IMG/VR virus record: IMGVR_UViG_3300049919_000418
Span: 86,928-150,927 of that record
DNA: 64,000 nucleotides
Strand: one strand, 5' to 3'
Origin: a virus
Lineage: Duplodnaviria > Heunggongvirae > Uroviricota > Caudoviricetes
Positions 60,564 to 64,000 of the stretch are shown piece after piece. The position numbers and the translations under genes were made by a program. Below the pieces are notes generated by a model. That model was not told where the DNA came from. It saw only the letters and a list, made by a program, of their open reading frames with translations, and did no database searches. The number at the start of each line of letters is the position of its first letter. The stretch's first letter is position 1.

Positions 60564-60868
60564 CCTCTTCATTTGGGGTAGAGGACGCTAAAAAACTATT
60601 CAACGATCCTTTAGTGGGAGCAATCAAAACAGAGGACTACGCGACATCATTACGCCTTGAGGATTATGTCAACCTCGATGGTATAGGTGACGCCTTTGTC
60701 TGGTCTTGCGCGCTCCTTGAGATACTCGATACCGAGAATCAAAGTGGCAGCAGTCTCACTCAGGGGGCCAGTGTTGGTGACTCGCCAAGTTCCTCCGGTA
60801 ATCGGATCAATCGTGGTAAGTTCTGATTCTGAAATGCGGGTAAATTCCATTGTGTTGTTTATGTATTG

Positions 60869-61435
60869 TTATTGTGCGAGCGACTTCATCGCGGAAATGA
60901 CCTTCTTGGCTTTACCTGCCGCCTCTCCAAAATCAATCGCGGCAAGCTGGCCACCGCGAATATTCTGCTTCCCACTTCCATGAACGGCAAACCAAAACGG
61001 CTCACGCTCCTCAATAGAAATGGAACAGGACGCCCCGCTCCACGAACCCCATGTCATTCCCGTCTCAAAAGCGACGAATCCATGGCCTATATCGGTAACA
61101 GTGTTGCCGTTCTGACGGATAGCCTTCTGCGCAAGACTCAACATCTGTTCCATCGTGGCGTTGAACTTCTTGTATTCCCTATTATACACGGGACGCTGTG
61201 GGATCATCTGCGCGAAAATCTCCTCATGAGACTCAAAAATCACCCATTCGGCAGTCGCGTCGTCCTTGGAGCAGGCGTGCAAAATGTGGACCTGTAACTG
61301 AGGCGCGTTGTCCTTGATGGCCTTGACATCCAACAGGGTCTTGGTGTGCGGGGAGGGATTGCCGCCAACCGCTACAAACCAATCGTCCTCAACCCCGTTC
61401 GCGTATTGCCAGCTTAGAATCTGATCGTAAGTCAT
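60869..61435 (-). CDS. hypothetical protein (array cassette ORF)
   Basis: 188-aa ORF with ATG; protein-like composition. Confidence 0.5.
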   Translation of the reverse strand: MTYDQILSWQYANGVEDDWFVAVGGNPSPHTKTLLDVKAIKDNAPQLQVHILHACSKDDATAEWVIFESHEEIFAQMIPQRPVYNREYKKFNATMEQMLSLAQKAIRQNGNTVTDIGHGFVAFETGMTWGSWSGASCSISIEEREPFWFAVHGSGKQNIRGGQLAAIDFGEAAGKAKKVISAMKSLAQ

Positions 61436-61449
61436 AAACCGTAATTAAA

Positions 61450-61597
61450 ATGAAAGACAAAAAATTAGTATTAAACGTCGAAGAGGAATCTTCATTTCTG
61501 CACAACGTTAAATGTCCGCCCACGGGCGCGACTGAAAAAGCTAAAGAACAGCAACAGGAAAGCTTATCGCCCGTTGGTGCGCGACGCCTTGTTCGGC
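61450..61597 (+). repeat. attC-like repeat A4 (leader 61450-61499; 98-bp core 61500-61597, GCACAAC...GTTCGGC)
   Basis: A-type middle TGTCCGCCCACGGGCGCGA..TCGCCCGTTGGTGCGCGAC. Confidence 0.7.
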
Positions 61598-61624
61598 TTT
61601 CTTCATATTCATTCAAGCTTAGAG

Positions 61625-61972
61625 TCAAATGGCGTTTGGAACGGGCATTGAAGTCTCTTCCAAGAATCTCAAAACTGCCTTATATCCGAAATCTTGACCT
61701 GCCCCGATCAGGCGTAGGGTCGCTTCTTCCTCATATGATACCTCGAACAGATTGGGAAATCCAACCCGAGCAGCTAAATACGTTATCCCCATGCCCACGG
61801 GACAAGGCGATGTTGATACGATCCGAGCGCCATTATTATAGTCTTCTAGCACTATGGCCTCGCAATGCAAAACGGGGACTGTCTGTCCCGAAGACAAAAG
61901 AAGAATCTGTTTCTTTTGCAAATTTTGTAACTCACGGGCTTCAGACGGGGAGATTTCTATCAACTTACTCAT
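61625..61972 (-). CDS. hypothetical protein (array cassette ORF)
   Basis: ORF-track 61625..62002 trimmed to ATG (MSKLIEISP). Confidence 0.45.
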   Translation of the reverse strand: MSKLIEISPSEARELQNLQKKQILLLSSGQTVPVLHCEAIVLEDYNNGARIVSTSPCPVGMGITYLAARVGFPNLFEVSYEEEATLRLIGAGQDFGYKAVLRFLEETSMPVPNAI

Positions 61973-61986
61973 GGGTGGATTGTTTT

Positions 61987-62084
61987 CTGCCGAACGTCCC
62001 ATGTCCGCCCACGGGCGCGACTGAGAAGGAGGTTGAAAAGTGACAGCGGAGCTTATGGCCCGTTGGCGCGTGACGCCTTGTTAG
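61987..62084 (+). repeat. attC-like repeat A5 (no leader; 98-bp core GCCGAAC...GTTAGCC)
   Basis: A-type middle, most similar to A3. Confidence 0.65.
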
Positions 62085-62429
62085 CCTCTTTCTTTATTTT
62101 TTTCTGTGGCATCGTATCGCCTGAGTCTCCGTGTGGGGACTTGGGCTTTCGGGTGCAATGAAATATAAAGTAAATAAATCAAATATAAAAAATGGTCTTC
62201 GTCGCTGCGAAATGTCGGCCATTATAGCAAAGCTTGCGCTGAGTGACGAAGATCTTCGGCTCGCTTGTCGTTCTCTTTCGCGCTCGCTAAAAGCTGCGAC
62301 TTCTGAGGCTCGGGAATATTCTAAGCGATCAATTCAAGTATCGCTGCCTGCTTCGTGGTCAGGGATGCTACACATTCAATCAGCGGGCGGATAATATCTT
62401 TTATTTCTTTTGTTATCATGGAATTTGCA

Positions 62430-62577
62430 ATTATGAAAAGTGACGAAATGGTTAAAAATGTTGAAGTCGGGAAATTTTCTTTGGCTAACGTCCAAGAGCA
62501 CACGCCGCCGCCGTTGGAAAGCCAAGAAACCGCAACTGAGCCGTTAGGGGCGGTTGCTGTGTCTCGACTTGTTGGCC
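62430..62577 (+). repeat. attC-like repeat B5 (variant leader; 95-bp core 62483-62577, GGCTAAC...GTTGGCC)
   Basis: B-type middle. Confidence 0.65.
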
Positions 62578-62820
62578 TTATTTTTCTTCTTTTGGGTTGT
62601 GCAGTCTATTGTGGTGAAAACCAGACTTGTGAATCGCCCCGACAATCGCTTGCTTTGCAGTATCGTGCGGAAAACTTTCGTCCTTGTATTCCCCTTCTGG
62701 ACAGGATCGGCACTCAATGTAGCCAGTCCACGAACCTTCAACAAACTTGGCGTGAACGTAATAGGAGATACCGTCTCGCTCAATCAACTGCCAATCGTCT
62801 CCTTGTGTAATTATATTCAT
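62578..62820 (-). CDS. hypothetical protein (array cassette ORF)
   Basis: 80-aa ORF with ATG; stop abuts repeat B5. Confidence 0.45.
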   Translation of the reverse strand: MNIITQGDDWQLIERDGISYYVHAKFVEGSWTGYIECRSCPEGEYKDESFPHDTAKQAIVGAIHKSGFHHNRLHNPKEEK

Positions 62821-62999
62821 TATTATTTTATGTTAAAAGAATCATTAAATCAGTTCGAGAACATCCTTCGCGGGAAAACCATTAAAAGCGTGAGCGCCGA
62901 ATACCATCGGCTTAGGCTAACTTGCGAGGACGGTGAGGAAATCATCGTAAAAAGTGAATTGGCGAAAGATGCGCCTCTTGGTTGTTGTCTTTTTGTTCT

Positions 63000-63094
63000 G
63001 GCCAACGTCCAAGTGCATACACCGCCGCAAGCGGAAAGAGACAGAAGCGCAACTAAGCCGTTATCGGCGGTTGCTGTGTCTCGTCTTGTTGTGC
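63000..63094 (+). repeat. attC-like repeat B6 (95-bp core GGCCAAC...GTTGTGC)
   Basis: B-type middle. Confidence 0.6.
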
Positions 63095-63220
63095 CATCTT
63101 CATCTTCCGATTATGTTAATCTGGGCGGCGGATTCCGGGACGACAAAAATAAGGTGTTCTACGAAAAGATAGGAGATAAAACGTATGAAATCCCATTCGA
63201 ACACATGGCCGTCTTGGTTA

Positions 63221-63493
63221 CTAGAATTGTAACTCAGGGTGTAATGACGGGCTTGCTCTCACTCGAATATCTTGAGACTCTTCTAAAAGGATATGAGGGG
63301 GTAAGGGGAAAAAAGATGATGTATTCGACTGTGCCCTTGTGCGCCGCGCCCTCCAGTCAACAATTAACGCCTTCGCCCGTTCAAAATCAATAGGTTTGTC
63401 ACTGTAAACAGAAAACAATATATTGCTAGTTGGGTCCGATACGGCAAAATAATGCTCGGGTAATTCAGCGGGAATATATTCAATAGTATTCAT
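63221..63493 (-). CDS. hypothetical protein (array cassette ORF)
   Basis: ATG (MNTIEYIP) is directly back-to-back with the ATGAAAAGTAAT leader of B7 (CATATG junction). Confidence 0.4.
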   Translation of the reverse strand: MNTIEYIPAELPEHYFAVSDPTSNILFSVYSDKPIDFERAKALIVDWRARRTRAQSNTSSFFPLPPHILLEESQDIRVRASPSLHPELQF

Positions 63494-63639
63494 ATGAAAA
63501 GTAATAATAAACAAATAAATGTCGCGGCGGAATCTTCAATTCTGCACAACGTCAAAGAGCACGCACCGCCGCAAATGGAAAGCCAAGAAACCGTGACTGA
63601 GGAGCTTCACGGCGGTTGTCGTGTCTCGTCTTGTTGTGC
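63494..63639 (+). repeat. attC-like repeat B7 (leader 63494-63543; 96-bp core 63544-63639, GCACAAC...GTTGTGC)
   Basis: B-type middle; best-conserved B copy. Confidence 0.7.
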
Positions 63640-63749
63640 TTCTTCCATTTCTCAGTGGATTGATTACGATGGACGACCAGTAATTCAGGTGAATGGTAAA
63701 ATGCAAATTGATTATCCAGTTCAGAAGCAAGCCCCGATTACCCTTTGGC

Positions 63750-63949
63750 TTATCTCTCTTCTAACGAAACGAGTCGATAGGATTCGCCGTCACAGTCATC
63801 TAAGACCCACTCCACTTCCGTCACGCGAGCGTCAACGTGCCTCTGCCCATTATAATGTTTAATCAAGTCGCCAACCCTGAAATTCAGTTCGGTTTCAATC
63901 GAATTCGGAATCGGTGCATCAGTATATGTAGTTTGGAATTTAGTAATCA
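63750..63949 (-). CDS. hypothetical protein (array cassette ORF)
   Basis: ATG start MITKFQTT; ORF-track 63750..63965 uses an upstream TTG. Confidence 0.4.
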
Positions 63950-63952
63950 TAA

Positions 63953-64000
63953 ATATGGAAAACAATAAATTAAAATTAAATGCCGCCGAAGAGAAATCTT
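63953..64000 (+). repeat. start of a further repeat leader (ATGGAAAACAATAAATTAAAATTAAATGCCGCCGAAGAGAAATCTT), truncated by window end
   Basis: matches A2/A4-type leader. Confidence 0.6.

Noticed and set aside
56139-63543. Shared N-terminal capsid-targeting or secretion signal delivering diverse cargo proteins (T4 internal-protein-locus analogy)
   Set aside because: Same frame-inconsistency argument. The downstream cargo on the + strand is low-complexity and overlaps minus-strand genes.
60407-63862. RiPP-like precursor family: Lys-rich leader MK.N.KQINVAA..SFLHNVKEHAPP..TEELHGG followed by Cys-rich core CCVSSCCASS (double-glycine leader style)
   Set aside because: The same nucleotide block is read in three different frames in different copies (GGCCVSSCC, AVAVSRLV, QLVVPSSF). 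Conservation is therefore in DNA, not in peptide. The ORFs carrying it overlap better minus-strand gene models.
56139-64000. CRISPR array
   Set aside because: Repeat units are about 96-98 bp with variable interiors. Spacing is irregular (about 450-750 bp) and set by gene length. There are no short identical direct repeats with unique spacers and no cas genes.
56139-64000. Diversity-generating retroelement (template/variable repeats)
   Set aside because: No reverse transcriptase in the window. Differences between copies are not adenine-specific. The copies are intergenic rather than at the 3' ends of target genes.

Overview
This window is AT-rich (about 40% GC), densely packed with genes, mostly on the + strand, and looks like part of a large phage-like (jumbo-phage-type) genome. 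Shine-Dalgarno-like sequences precede many starts and 4-nt ATGA stop/start overlaps are common. Recognisable phage auxiliary genes include ThyX, a DNA methyltransferase, several ATP-dependent RNA/DNA ligase-like nucleotidyltransferases (Rnl1-like, Rnl2-like, an HNH-ligase fusion, a T7-ligase-like protein), an HD hydrolase, a metallophosphoesterase and thioredoxin. An M23 peptidase, a vWA protein, a PspA homologue, a K+ channel and a NAMPT plus CinA-C/NMNAT pair for NAD+ salvage are also present, with split CoaB/CoaC-like genes, two tRNA clusters and four free-standing homing endonucleases (3 HNH, 1 frameshifted LAGLIDADG).

The most unusual content is a family of at least 13 structured repeats, each about 96-98 bp. 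Each copy is bounded by an inverted AAC...GTT heptamer pair (for example GCACAAC...GTTGTGC) with an imperfect internal dyad carrying bulged bases. Most copies are preceded by a conserved ~50-bp leader beginning ATGAAA. The copies are spaced one per gene through a 56-64 kb array of small minus-strand ORFans, and one further copy lies at 2.7 kb. Conservation is at the nucleotide level, because downstream ORFs read the same block in different frames. This architecture resembles integron attC recombination sites in a cassette array, but no integrase is visible in the window.

Three GC-rich islands (about 58-60% GC) sit next to these repeats. Two of them share a distinct 30-bp hairpin-containing leader.
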